In this document: piece after piece, positions 23,113 through 35,777 of the stretch | Layout of the letters: each line of letters starts with the position of its first letter | Numbering within the stretch: the stretch's first letter is position 1 | Source: Oikopleura dioica | Taxonomy: Eukaryota; Animalia; Chordata | Direction of reading: 5' to 3' | Assembly: GCA_907165135.1 (NCBI GenBank) | Contig: OU015566.1 | Span: 7,378,001-7,442,000 of the forward strand | Length of the DNA stretch: 64,000 nucleotides | Translations under genes and position numbers: made by a program | The notes under the pieces: generated by a model | Database searches by the model: none | What the model was told of the DNA's origin: nothing | Seen by the model: the letters and a program-made list of their open reading frames with translations, nothing else

Positions 23113-23972
23113 ATGGATTCGTTCATCGAAGTAGATGGGCAAATTTTCTTCATTCACAGACTGCGGCATTACGCAAAGCAAGGACATCTTGAGGTGGAAA
23201 TTTGTTGTTTCTTTGGTCGTTATTCTTAGATAGTAGGTTGTGCAGAAGTTTTGTGAAAAGGGGGTGGGGATTATGGCTGATGCAGCGGAGGGAGCAATTG
23301 AAGGAGGCCATGTGAGCATTTTGAAGTTTGTCAAAGATATCGGCTTTATTTTCCCGAAAGAAATCGCCACAAGGTAGTTTCGAAAAGCTTTACTTCATTC
23401 CCTCTGTCTTTAGAGTCGTTGATCGATCCTACCAAAAGATCGTCTTGCCAGAAGAAATCAAAGCTTTCCTCGAGGCAGAAAACGTGACGATCCCGGACGA
23501 CAAGGAAGAAATCAATACTGAAAAAGTAACTCCACAAGAAGACTTGACTCAAATAAGAAGCCACTCGGAGAATTTAGAAGCAGGAATCTCTATCGGGGAA
23601 TCGCGAAGGCGTCTAATTCGACAAGCCGAGTTTCATCGAAAGCCGTGGCAGCCAAATTTGCCAATTTATCGAAACGACCTGGATACAAACTTAGAGGACT
23701 GCTTCGGAAAGGGGATTAAACTTACCAATTTTTTGCATTAACCTCTTGAGTCTTATCCCTCTAAAGCCGGACTATCTTGCATAGCTGAGCAGCTGGCTAT
23801 TGTCAGACAAATCAAAAATCACGTAGGGGTCAACGACTCGCCAGAAATGAAGGTCGCTGTTTCAAGACTCCGAAAACAAGTTCAAGAAACAAGAAAAGTT
23901 GTCAAAGAAGTTGAATGCCTCCAAATTGAAAATAAAAACTGCCAAGATTCGCTCGATTCTGAAATCAAATAA
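23113..23972 (+). CDS. Ankyrin-repeat protein
   Basis: Spliced LRHYAKQGHLE|VVQKFCEKGVGIMADAAEGAIEGGHVSILKFVKD has two ankyrin-like AxxGHxxVV repeats; coiled-coil-like C-terminus. Confidence 0.65.
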
Positions 23973-24038
23973 AGCACATTCTTCATTTGAAAATTCATAT
24001 TTTCTAAATTTAGAGGGTAATTCGTAAATTGATCAAAA

Positions 24039-24618
24039 ATGTCTGACAACGAAGAAGAGCATTACGACTTGGACGAGCCTATGGACGAGACTGGAGCTGT
24101 CGACGATGCGGGAGATGCTTTTATCACGACTGGCGAAGAAGTTGAGGGCGGCCGAGCTGTGCCAAGAGATGAGAGAATCACTGTTAGTTTATGAGTGTAT
24201 TTTTGTTATCTTTATCAAATACTCTAGACGCCCTTTATGACAAAATACGAGCGAGCGCGTATTCTCGGAACTCGGGCGCTGCAGATTGCGATGAATGCCC
24301 CCGTCATGGTAGAACTGAGAGGAGAGACTGACCCCCTTGCGATTGCGTTGAAAGGTAAGTTAAAATAATTGAGTTAGTTGTAAAGTTTTGTTGAAGAATT
24401 GAAAGTGAAGAAAATTCCGATTATCGTGCGTCGGTATTTGCCTGATGGATCTTACGAGGATTGCTACGGGTTTAAATAATAGTTCTTTTCTTATTTATTG
24501 TAAGATTTAATGAATAAAGAAAGTTTTTAACCCAAGTAAAAGGCCCTCCAGCGAGTTGATCCTGGAAGGAGAAGGAACGCTTTTGACAGACGACATCCAA
24601 GAAACCTGCTTCGCATGA
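24039..24618 (+). CDS. POLR2F: RNA polymerase I/II/III shared subunit RPB6
   Basis: PRDERIT|[42 protein letters not shown]|[22 protein letters not shown], near-invariant RPB6 core; last exon uncertain. Confidence 0.97.
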
Positions 24619-26029
24619 AGAACTAAAATCCTACTGCCCTTTCTGCGCGCGATTTGCTAAAATCTTGAATAAATTGAAAAAAAGTAATCGACAAAAAATA
24701 AGCTTGTTCACAAAAAGCGTGACCTTTTGCACTACACGGCCACGGTTGGTGATTTAGGAGGCTGATTTGGCGATCAGCGCGGAATTTGACTTTTGCGAAT
24801 TTCGCGCTGCCAAATGGTATTAGTTTAAAATTGAAATTGAAAATGTCACCCATTTTTTCTTCATTTCCACATTCAAATTCGATTTTCATAAAATGGCAAA
24901 CCGGATGTCCGATTGACTTTTTCTGACTTTCGAAAGCGCCGTAACTATGCACGATTGTTAATCCAACTCGATCCATTGAAATGCGACAGTGCAACAAAGT
25001 TAGTGCCAAGCGAGCCTTTCCTCCTTAGATTTGGGCACATTTCAGGGCGACAAAGGAAACCGAACACTTGAAACTGGCTCAAACGCCACTCATCATGATG
25101 AGCGGAAAGCGCGGCTGTTTTGTTCTCCAATTTTTAAGTCTTTTCGTCTAAAGACAGAATCTGCATAAAAACAGGTTGATAGAAGAGCGAGGATCAATAA
25201 ATTGGAAAGACAGTCAAAAACGACTTACCGAAATAAGGCATTCAACTTGTGACAGGTTGAAATAAGGAATCGGATTTGCTTTTGCACATGTTTCCATCGA
25301 ATCAGTTCAATCATCCTTTGACGTCTTTCTGATTGAGAAGTATTATACTTTTCTGAAATTAGCGAAGTTCATCTTGCTTTGATGCTCGCATTATTTACTG
25401 CAAAAAACTTGCTTCTCACATTTTGATGTGGAAATAATAATGAAGGGTGGTTGAAACAAAGGCCGGATTTTGGCTGGATTGATGTACCAAACACCGCCAC
25501 TTTTGCGTTATCAGAAATGCGCAGTGATTGATTCCGCGGCAGGTGCAATTTGTATTATCACTGATAAGCACTGTTATCGGCATTCAAATTACGATTTCCA
25601 AATTTTGATTCAGAAATCTCGTTCTTTTCCAATTCTGCGGTCAGATAAAGCTTGTGAGTCGACATGCGGCCGCTGCTTTATTTGCCCAAACAGAAAGAAC
25701 CAGTTAATATCTATATCAGAATATTTATCGGCGGCGCTTTCATTTAGGTTGGTGTCACAGCAAACCAATTCCAAACGCAAAGTGTATCAAGAAAAATGAG
25801 TTGATAGAGGCACTCCACAACTGTGATAAGGGCACAAGCAAGAATACGGGCATTCCCAAGTCTTAGACTTGTTGGTGCTACTATGGGAAACCTGTGCTCG
25901 GTAACCTGTGTAGAAACCTGAGTCGTAGAGAGGGGTTTTCATTCGAGCGTATGATTCTAGCCATCCAATATCTCTAGAATCTGGGCTAGTTGTTAGGGTT
26001 TGGGACTGGGAACTCTCAAGGGGGTCCGT

Positions 26030-26199
26030 GGGGCGAAGCCCCCTGGTTTAGGCCTTAAGTGGGGGGTTCCGGGGGGGGGGCATTGCCCCCTGGATTTGGG
26101 TTAGGGGCAGCTCGAAAGATAACCCCCTTCTACCACCTGAGTCAGGGTTTTGAAATTGCTTTACTTTTCAATAACGCGTTTTCAAGACCCTGACTCAGG
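26030..26199. repeat. GC-rich repeat remnant with GAA-loop hairpin, TTAGGG and a long hairpin
   Basis: GGGGCGAAGCCCC at ~26030, GGGGTTAGGGG at ~26097, inverted repeat CCTGAGTCAGGGTTTTGAAA...TTCAAGACCCTGACTCAGG at 26136-26199. Confidence 0.5.
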
Positions 26200-27750
26200 C
26201 TCTATATAGGTTGCTGAGACAAGTTGCCTTAGACAAAATATTAAGCGGTGTATTGGTACCTAAATTTGTGTTTGATATTCATGCAAATTCCATATTCTGA
26301 GAAAAACATAGAACGTGACGAATTGCTATTGAAAAATCGAAGCATGCAGGAGATTAATCAGTTTGAAATGTTTTTCAAAAACGGGCAGGAATCCTTTTGG
26401 GCACAGATCGATGGGGACTCATCTGGTGGCCTAATTTTTTGCTCAGAAATACAAATCGCCCATGCGTTTGAAGTTTTTCTTTTTTGGGCACGCAGCAATT
26501 ATGGTGAGCCAGTTGAAATGAGCCCATCGATCATTGGAGTCGATTTAGATTCTACTTACAAGCCGACTTACTGTTGAGTTAAAACGATAATGCCGATAGT
26601 ATCTCACTGTATCAATCACTGTATTTCTTGGATTATTGCTAATAATTGGATTTTCTTTGGGGGAAAACCGCCAAAAATTTATATAAGAATCATTATCCGA
26701 AAATTGAATAAGATGGATACGTTTTTAGCATCGAAAATGGAGTAGAACCGCTCAAGTTTGAGAGGTTTGCTCAGATGTAGAGACAGGCGCCTTTGTAACA
26801 ATTGGGTCCACTTGGAAAGTGGCTTGAAACAAATTTCTTTTTTCGATTTTTCAAATTTATCATTCAACTCTAGTACTCTTAGGCGCTTTTGTCTGCGACT
26901 CGGGAGAAAGTCACAATTCAATGTAGAAAGAGCTAATCCGGATCTAGGCAGACTGCCTGGAAACCGAACTGCTTCAGTATCAGGATTCGAGAAGCATTCG
27001 TTCTCGCTTTAATTTGACTATTATTCGAAGTGTCAAAAGATCTGCAACAAGTAAACTGGTAATTACCACGTCCACAATTGATAGGCTAATTAGGCAAGCA
27101 ATAAGTTACAGTTGGAAAAAGATATTCTCTCCGATTAGCAAAAACCACCATGATAAATGTGGAAATAAATGCGATTTTCAAAATGATTTTTTGTTTTGCA
27201 TGAATCGCAAATTTGAGGCTTTGATTAGACCACTCAGATTATCATCAATTTGTGAAGCCAAAAATCGCTTTTAGTTTATGAAGGAAAAAAATTCCGACAT
27301 TTCAGAATCTGATCTACTTTAATTTCTATTAATAATTTGATGAAAAAATCTTGTTTTGAAAGCAAATTAAACTTTATCATATAAGGCGCAACAGGTACAC
27401 TCCAACTCCCAAATCGAAAGTATTCGGCAGAGGAAAGTCGTCTTCCGCGATTTCATGGACTAATTTATCGAAATTTTCCAACGCTGCTGCATAGAACTGG
27501 CCGCGGCGCACCTGCTCCACCGCCGCAATTCGAAAAAAAAAATTTCATCTCTGCAACAAAAATTGCGAATGGCGCCCTCCGCCAAAGTGGGCGCTGAGCG
27601 ATTCCAATTCGAAACACCTTTGTGAAACGCACCTAGCGCCAAACAAATTCCGCATTACAACTTACTCAAACAGATCAAACTTACACACTCAACTAGATCG
27701 TATAAACCTTATAAATAAAAAAAAAGAAAATACACTGAAGATTATCAGAG

Positions 27751-30700
27751 ATGGACCCGGCTCAGCTTCTTGCTTCTTTCAAGGTAATCAGCTTTTTACC
27801 AGAGAGTTCATATCATTGGACAAAGCTTCTGACTTTTTCAGATGATATTTTTCCTTAGCGTTATTTCTTCGCTTTGAAAATCAACCCCGAAGTCCCTTAA
27901 GACATATTTTGTCGACTAAACAATACCTGTATGCTAATATATTGCTTTACAGCATGTTCAGCAACGGCTCTCCCAAAACTTCCAAGATCGTCTTGCGATG
28001 GACCGTCCCGTCTACTCGACTCCTCCTCCCGTCGAATCCACGCCTCAAAATAACGAGTGCCGACTTGTCGAAGTCCACGGCCACAAAATTGCTGCGTTCA
28101 CAATCAACCATGAAGAATACATCTGCTTGCCACAGGTTTGCCCCTTGTTGCTCTTCGTCCAATAGCTTTGGGTGGTCTTAAAATCAGTTAGGTCTGTAGA
28201 ACTTGTCCAGTAGAGGGCTATGATTAGTCTCGAAGTTTATACATATATATTTCAACTGAATTGGACACGAATTAAGGGAGTTATCCATTTTGCGCCCGGA
28301 CGCAGAATCCGCCTTTCGCAAATCCGGCCTCGCATTCGTCAATTGAAAAATCGCTCAAATTTGAATATTAATCGTAAATCCTGCTCGGTATCCGCATCCA
28401 TTCATTTTCGCGAAAGCTCGATTTCTGCGTCTTATAAATATATATACATTTAATGAAATTCTGCATTTGAAATTCGGAATTGGCTCTTCCGCACTTTTGG
28501 GCTTGGCGATAGAATCTAAAGCTGGGCGATCAGCCCGACAAGCCACTTTCTGCGTCACTTGCCTCCAAATTAGAGTTATAATTTTTATCTGCGAATATGT
28601 GGATGATATACGGACCGAGAGCGATTTAGATAATTTTAAAAATTTAATTTCATTCGTCGCGTGCCACTGTTTTCGGCGCGAGAGGACGATAAAACCAGAA
28701 AATCCGAAATGCAAAGAATTAGTAAACGTAAAGCGGCAGGCCACCTGCAAAGGATGAGCACTAGATAAGGAATTATTCTTCATTCCCTCTTCTATATTCA
28801 GGTTTTTTTTTATCTTTTTTGGTTATAATTTTTTGGAAGTTCGGAAAATATTTTCTTAGTGATTTTTTATTTTCTTACCCATTCTGAGGGTCCAATTTCG
28901 GAATAAACCAATTTATGGAAGTGCATTTTGGATTACCAATAAGATTGCTGTATTTGGCCTACCTGCCAATCAAAACCCTGATCCATAAAATCACTTTCAT
29001 AAATAAGTTTAACCTCCAATTTCGGACCCCATTCCAAATAGGCTTTTTGGGACTCCCAAACCCAAAATTCGAGATAACTAATTTTTTCTCACTAAAATTT
29101 TTAGGCATTCGAAATCTTCCTCAAACACCTCGTCGGTGGCCTACACACCGTCTACACAAAGCTGAAGCGGCTCTCAATCACTCCGCTTGTCTGCAATGTC
29201 GAACAGGTCAGTGTTATATGATATTCTACACTTTATGAGTATTATTATTAATCTTTCAAATTCGCCGCTTGCTTGCTTGAAATTTGTCAAATTTCGCTCT
29301 CCATTACCTTGATCGAGTCCGTCTCGGATTGCGCGTGGATATCAAAGCTGAATTACTAAAGAAAGCGGCGATTTCTGTAACTACGCGCATCTTCAGTTAC
29401 AAAGAAACATTTTTTCTCTCTTTTCGCATCCGCCATTGTGCGCCCGAAGGGGTATAACATTTCTATTCATAACTATTATTCAAAAAATAATTTTGAATGT
29501 TTCCCATCTCCAATTCAATAGGATCCGATTGCACTTCGGCCCAGTCTCTTTCTTTCTTTTGACATGCTGGATTGAATGCGACCATTTCTTAGAAGTGAGT
29601 TACTAACTGCAACTGTAGGTGCGAACGCTACGAGGTCTTGGAGCCATCCAGCCTGGAGTGAATCGATGCAAGCTGATCACTAGAAGGGATTTTGAAACGC
29701 TCTACCAAGACTGTACTACTTCCAGGTAAATTATCAGGCATTCTTCAAGGAAAAACTGAAGTTCAAAAAGAGCTTAAATAAAAAGCCGCATAGCGGCTTT
29801 TCTAAAAATGAAGCTGCGAAGCGGCTTCGCCAAAATCATCATCTCAATCTTCTGTAATTTTCCGCCTTCGCTTTCTTCCCTTTCTAACAGTAATGATTCT
29901 AGCAGACCCGGACGACCACCAAAACGATTCCTCCCCCCTCACTTTTCTCCCACTCCTCCAATCCTTGGAGCGACACCTCCCAAGATGCCGAAGACGTCCT
30001 TTGAAGGTGAGAGTTGTCCCAAAACGCGTCCAATGTTTTTCCCCCAACAGATTATCGCGCAACCCATTATCGCCAAGTTCGATCGTTTCCGGAGCACTAG
30101 CGCGAGAATCGAGATTCGGCAAGAATGGATTCAAGTGTTGTTTACCCCCGTTTTGGGTGTATAAATGTATTACACTTGAGATAAAGAAAAGGAAAATACA
30201 AAGAGAGCTTTTATCTCCAGCCAAGTTTGATACTTGAAGTGAAAGCCGATTTTAGTCAATTTTTCATTTTCATTTCGAAAAAGACAAAAAGCCGAAAAGT
30301 GTCTCAGTAAATCAAGCGTGGCTAATTGACTTACACTGCGTCGACCGCAAAACTGCCATAACAGAACAAAACACATTTTATTAGAATACAACACCGACCG
30401 GGATAATTGAAATATAAACACCACCACCGCCAGCTCTGGTTTTCCATTTCCAGCGCTAATTCTTCTTTTCCCGGTCTTTTTTCCTGAACAAATTGAGAAT
30501 TTCTAAATTCTCTGAGAGGAGAGAACTAAACGAAAGAATTATTCTTCGTGTGCGTATTTTGGCAACGCGGGATTAGAAGACCGAGGAGGAATCTTTTCCC
30601 GTTTGCGTGATGCATATCGAAATTTGAAAAAATGATTTTCCTCAAAAATCACAACGGAAGAAGCGTGAGAATATTGCGCTAGAATTGATTCATTTTTTCA

Positions 30701-33412
30701 TTTTTATTCGGGACTGGGGCCAAGAAAAGGGCGCCGCCGGTGACCGGATTTGGAGAAAACTTACATTTCATCTCTGACTGGTGGCGCTGTTCTACGGCCA
30801 ATCAATGACTAGATCAAATGAATAGAGCTCCGAATATGAATTCCATTTGTAGATTTGGCATTTTTGGTAGACAAAGTCTTCTAGAGCTAGGGTCAAGGGT
30901 GGTCTTATGTTTAGAGGCATCTGTAGAAATCATTAAAATGAATTGTATGATGCAAATTTCCTGCTTAAAATCCCCAAATGAGTTAATTCTGACTAAGTAA
31001 GTGGTTGGAAAATTTGACCTTTTCTTTTCAGAATCTCTACCCACCGCTACAATCGACGAATTCAAAGGCGACGACGACGAAGCGAGCAACAAGGCCGGCT
31101 CCGACGAGGAAATCACCACCTCTCCCTCCGCCCAGGCGATTTCTACCTCCGCTCCCGCCCTACCCGGCGCTCAATCCGGCATCTACGCCAAGGCCCAAGA
31201 AGCCCTCCGCGCCCACTACCAACACATGGGCCTCGTAATGTTACGGGTTTTCGCATCACCAGAATTTTCACTCAAATTACATGAAAAATGATAAGCGTAT
31301 TTGCGCACGAGTTGTTCGGTCAAACGGCACTTGGGATTAAAATTTTAGTAAATTGGAGAAATGGAAATATCATTTGTCTCACAATTGCGATAACGAAAAC
31401 GGCACGAGTGGCGCGGTTTTGATATTTCAATTTTGAAACGACGCTATCACAAAGAGCTCCTTGTTTTGCATACAAAACTCAATCCGACAATTTTTTCATA
31501 TTTTTTATTTTTGGGAAGAGTGATTTTCCGAAATCGAAGTCTTCTTCAAAAATTCTCAGAAAGATAATAATAATGTTTGAGAAGCCGCTTGCGGCTTCGA
31601 GCGAAAAATAGAAAAAGCCGCGGCTTCAGTTTTCGTTTGCTTGAAGCCGCAAGCGGCTTCTCAACTTTTATAGTGACGCCCTTATTTAATTTTCCTGACA
31701 AAAAGCTCTGAATTTCGCGTGAAGAAAAAAATCTTATACCTATTCCAATTTAATCCTGCTAGCAGTGAAAATATTAATTTGCTGAAATCGATCTTATCAA
31801 AATAAGGAAGTCAATTTTGGTTCTCACTAGTTCCACTTTGGCGATAAGGAAATGTCGCTCGATGTCTTTGATTCCGCCGACAATGTTTTTTGTTCTATAA
31901 AAATCACATTTTTTCGTGCATCCGAAAATCCATGTAAAGCCGCCACATCCACTCCTCGCGAATCCGCTCCTTCAGCTTGGCGCTCAGAATGGAACAGCAG
32001 CTCAAAATGGAGTTCCTCCAACTTCGGCGCCGGTCAACGTTGGTGCTGCTTTTGGAGCCGCTGGAGCGGCCCTTGGTCTGCCTACTCCGCTCATGGCCGC
32101 GCAGATGAGAGGCGCGGAGAATGGAATCGAAGCGGGAAAGAAGGAAAATCAGAATAATGCCTATCCGAATTGCTCGCCTAGGTCTCCTTCTGAGCGAGCT
32201 ACAGCAGGTAAAAACTAAAATTTATATTTTTTTTTCAAAATTTTTCGAAAAAATTCTGATTTCTAGCGTTTTTCGAAGCCGCGTGCAGCTTGATATATTT
32301 AAAAAAGGAAGTCGTTTTTAATTTTTTTTTTCTCAAGAAATCGGAAATAGATGAGGAAAACGGTGTAAATTTACGTCTGATTCACGGGCAAATCCAATCT
32401 GCAGCTCTAATTGCGCGGCATTATTTGCGTTCTACAATCTGCTGCTACAGAAAAGGAGGATTTCGCATTGAAAATGCCATTTCGGGATGAGCACGGATAT
32501 TAAAACGAATATTAAACCGGCCGTTTGCCACTTTTCTGCAAACACAAGTGGCCAAATGTCGCCAAATGTCATCAGGAATGTTCAGCGAGGCGCATGACAT
32601 TTTCACATTGAGTCTCAAATGTTTCACATTAAAATTTCGAAACGCTAATTTCTCCATTATCAATTTTTCTCAATTTCTGCAGGAATCAAATTTCACAGAG
32701 GAAAAGGGCACGTAAAGGGGATCTTGCTTCAGCGCAAAGTTTTAATCCGAAATTTTCAGCCCGGCGCGTACCGGAAATGTTGGAGCGCTTGGACGAGATG
32801 ATCTCGGAGCCGGAGGAAAGCGAGTCTATTCTAGTGCTGGCTTCTAAATTGGCTACATATGCAGCGGAAAATGCTAGAAAGCGGAATCAAGAAGCTAGAG
32901 CTGAGCTTGGTAAGTTTAAAATTATTAAAAATCTGATTATTTACATTGAATTTTTGTCCTAGACTTAGCAATGTGACACCCTTATTTTTCAATTAAATTT
33001 GAAAGAGAGGAATTTAAACTTCAATTTGCCCTTTACAATTTATTTTTTTACTTTATCAATGAAAATTTTTTTTAGAAAAACTACGAGAACTCTACGAAAA
33101 CGAGCGTCGACAACGAGAATCCGCAGAAAAGAAGCTTGAGCAATCCGCAAAAAGCTCACGTGAGTGCTTAACTCTTTACCATCAACAAATATCAACTCTT
33201 CTCTAGGTCGGCTATTCCGCATCATCAAAAACCTGCGTCAATCACGTGGAATCGCGGGGGCTAAAAACGAAGAATCTCCATCCAAATTCTCCCGATCCTC
33301 GGCAGAAGAAGTCGTCGACGAGGACGAAAACTATTCCCCATCTTGCGGCGGAAATCTGACGATTCATTCGCAAGTTGAATTTCACAAGATCCAGCAGCCT
33401 CACGTGGCGTAA
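27751..33412 (+). CDS. DACH: Dachshund homolog (Ski/Sno/Dac DD1 + coiled-coil DD2)
   Basis: PVYSTPPPVESTPQNNECRLVEVHGHKIAAF...ICLPQ|AFEIFLKHLVGGLHTVYTKLKRL...CNVEQ|VRTLRGLGAIQPGVNRCKLITRRDFETLYQDC...SSRPGRPPKR; DD2-like AAENARKRNQEARAEL...ERRQRESAEKKL. Confidence 0.95.
29783..29829. repeat. Degenerate copy of the AAGCCGC..GCGGCTT foldback repeat
   Basis: AAAGCCGCATAGCGGCTTT...GAAGCTGCGAAGCGGCTTC in a DACH intron. Confidence 0.45.
31579..31662. repeat. Foldback repeat (AAGCCGCTTGCGGCTT family)
   Basis: GAGAAGCCGCTTGCGGCTTC ... GAAGCCGCAAGCGGCTTCTC, 20-bp inverted arms with a central AAGCCGCGGCTT palindrome; in a DACH intron. Confidence 0.7.
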
Positions 33413-34889
33413 ATCATAAAAAAAGAATCGACAATCATATTTACTAAAATAAGAGACCTAATACTGTAAATACGTATTCCATCCTAACTGTAACATTCTT
33501 TTCCTGTAGGAGATTCTTATCTCGCGAAAAATGGTTAAATAGCTTGTTTTATTTGAAGAAATAAATCTTAAAAAAGACATTTATGAGTCTGTTCGTTCTA
33601 AATTGTCACGAAAACGAGAAATTTACTTTCGAGGGAAATGAACTTGTTTGATCTTTCATATTCGCATCAGACATATTCGCTTTTATTTGCAGATAATATT
33701 TTAGCCCATCATTTTGAAAGGCCTTCCAAATTTCCTTCCAAGGAGAAAAAACGTCCAGCGAAGCTAGTTCAAGCAAGATTCCGTCTAGCCAAATGAGGAA
33801 TAGATTCGTAAATTTACTGACGCACGCATAATTTTATGTTTTACTTAACAATTTTATTGAAAACCCCTTAGAGAAAGGACCACGACTCGGTTCGAAGGTC
33901 AGATTATGAATTTTGATGGACATATCTGATAGGATAATTTGTAGGAATTTTTAAAGAAATCAAACAAGCTGACAGAATTATCATTCAGTTGTCAATACCA
34001 AATCGGATATCCCTGTTTGTCAAACAAAACCGGTGCTTATCTGAAGAGAACTTGACAAAGATCGAACGAGGACAACTATTGAATTAACAACTTTTTCCTA
34101 GGCGTAGTCTATAGGAGCGAAAAAACTAATAAAAATGCTAATTGATTAATAATCCGTATGATTAAAATAACGAGCGGTACAATCATCTTCGTTGTAAATA
34201 AAGAATATTTATTGCTTCAAGTACCTGAAGTGCTCGAAACAATCACAAACCATAATAGAAAATAGAGTGGATGTAACCTAAGTTTGGGCGCGGTTGATTT
34301 TATCTGAGTCCGGATTTTCGCGCGGAATCAACCCTCGAAGCATTAATTACAAACGGAAATATTTAAACTCGCGAAAATATATACCATCGCTCAGGTACGC
34401 GCGGATATTTATCTAATCCGGAATGATAACGCATCTACCTGCCAGTGCCTGGGCCAGCCCCTCCGCACTCCAAATTTTGAAGCATCTCGTAATGACGCTT
34501 GTTAGTAGTAAATTCCGTTCGAAAATACAATGCGCTTCCTTTGAGCGGTACCAAACTCAGAATACGGTTGTACTCGAGATAAGTTTATCCGATTCCAGAG
34601 CCAATACCAGTAAGCCAAGAAGCCAATAAGAAAATGAATTTATAAAAAATGTATTTTCAATTTACAGAACAGTCAAAATTAAACAGGGAAAATGAACAGT
34701 AGTATGATGCCTAAATCTATGATGAAGCTACTAATGAAGAAGATAGCCTTTGAATAAGCGGCTCTAATTGTTATTGCAACGTCCCATTCGAAAAATTGCC
34801 AGTGAAAACGGAGATGAGTGTAATTAGGAGTAGAATCACCCTCATTATTGTGAGTGAATCACTGACATTTCGTAGTCGATAAAGTTTCA

Positions 34890-35777
34890 TCACTTCAAAA
34901 TGCGAAGAATATTAACACAAGGCTTTCTACAGTAAGGGCATCCCTTCGTCGCCCACTGCCACTTGAGAGCGCACTGCTCGCACGCCACCAAATGGGCAGA
35001 GGCATCGTCCGATTCTAGTGAGCCGTGGAGAAACGCGTGACTTCGATCGTTCTCTCGGCAGAGGATGCAAAGCTCGTTTTCTGGATCTATTTTTTGTCTT
35101 TTTGAGCTTGGCTGGTTCTCTTCCTTGTTTTCAGATTGTTCAAAATTTAGCACTTCTGGCTTTTGATTCTCAGCGGCTTCTTGGTCTTCTTTGTCTTGTT
35201 GTTCTTGCGCTTTTTTGATCCCATCGAAATCCCATTTATTTATCTTCGGGGATGGACCAGATGTTGAGGGAATATCAGACGAGTTTGGTCGCTTCGTTGA
35301 GCGGTCGAAATGCTTCCAACTTTCTTGCAGTCGACGGCGGGCGAGTGATTCCTCCGCATCGACCTTGTCGTAATTTACAGAACGTGGTTCGTATTGATTC
35401 ATGTAAAACTGCGGATCCATCACCCTAAAAGAATGTTACGCACGTTTGCACCAGGCACGTTTTTACGATTCTTTCAAGTTCTCGGTCGTCTTGAAAACAA
35501 AGAGGCCTGTCTCCGAGACTCGAAAACACAAAATCCCCGTAACAAAGAAGAAAAGCTTTTGAATGCACTTTTAAACTTTGAGGTCTTTCTTTACAAGTCG
35601 TCTTTAGGAAGTTCATAGGAAAAATGAACACTTACCGTGGTCTGACAGGCGTTCCATCGATTGCTAGAATATTCTGTTTGAGAATCGCCCATTTTAGCTT
35701 CATATTCTTAGGATCCAAAGAGTCGACTCGGCAGATTTTTCGTAATAAAGGCTCGTTTTCCAGTGGTATTTCCGTTG
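34890..35777 (-). CDS. MDM2/MDM4-like E3 ligase (C2H2C4 RING; tentative SWIB/p53-binding-like N-terminus; start uncertain)
   Basis: C-terminal CILC..FLHG..HLVACEQCA..CPYCRKP..ILRIL* is the MDM-type C2H2C4 RING; IPSTS and QDKED upstream; exons at 35777-35425 read EPLLRKIC...MKLKWAILKQNIL and LLCYGDFVFSSLG, resembling the MDM2 N-domain (inference). Confidence 0.7.

Noticed and set aside
24623-25400. Possible minus-strand gene fragments (F-box-like helix, 128-aa ORF)
   Set aside because: Could not join the pieces without stops; possibly a decayed gene, not supportable as a feature.
26248-26577. Serine-protease-like GDSSGG motif
   Set aside because: No His/Asp catalytic motifs or supporting exons; left as an unassigned ORF.
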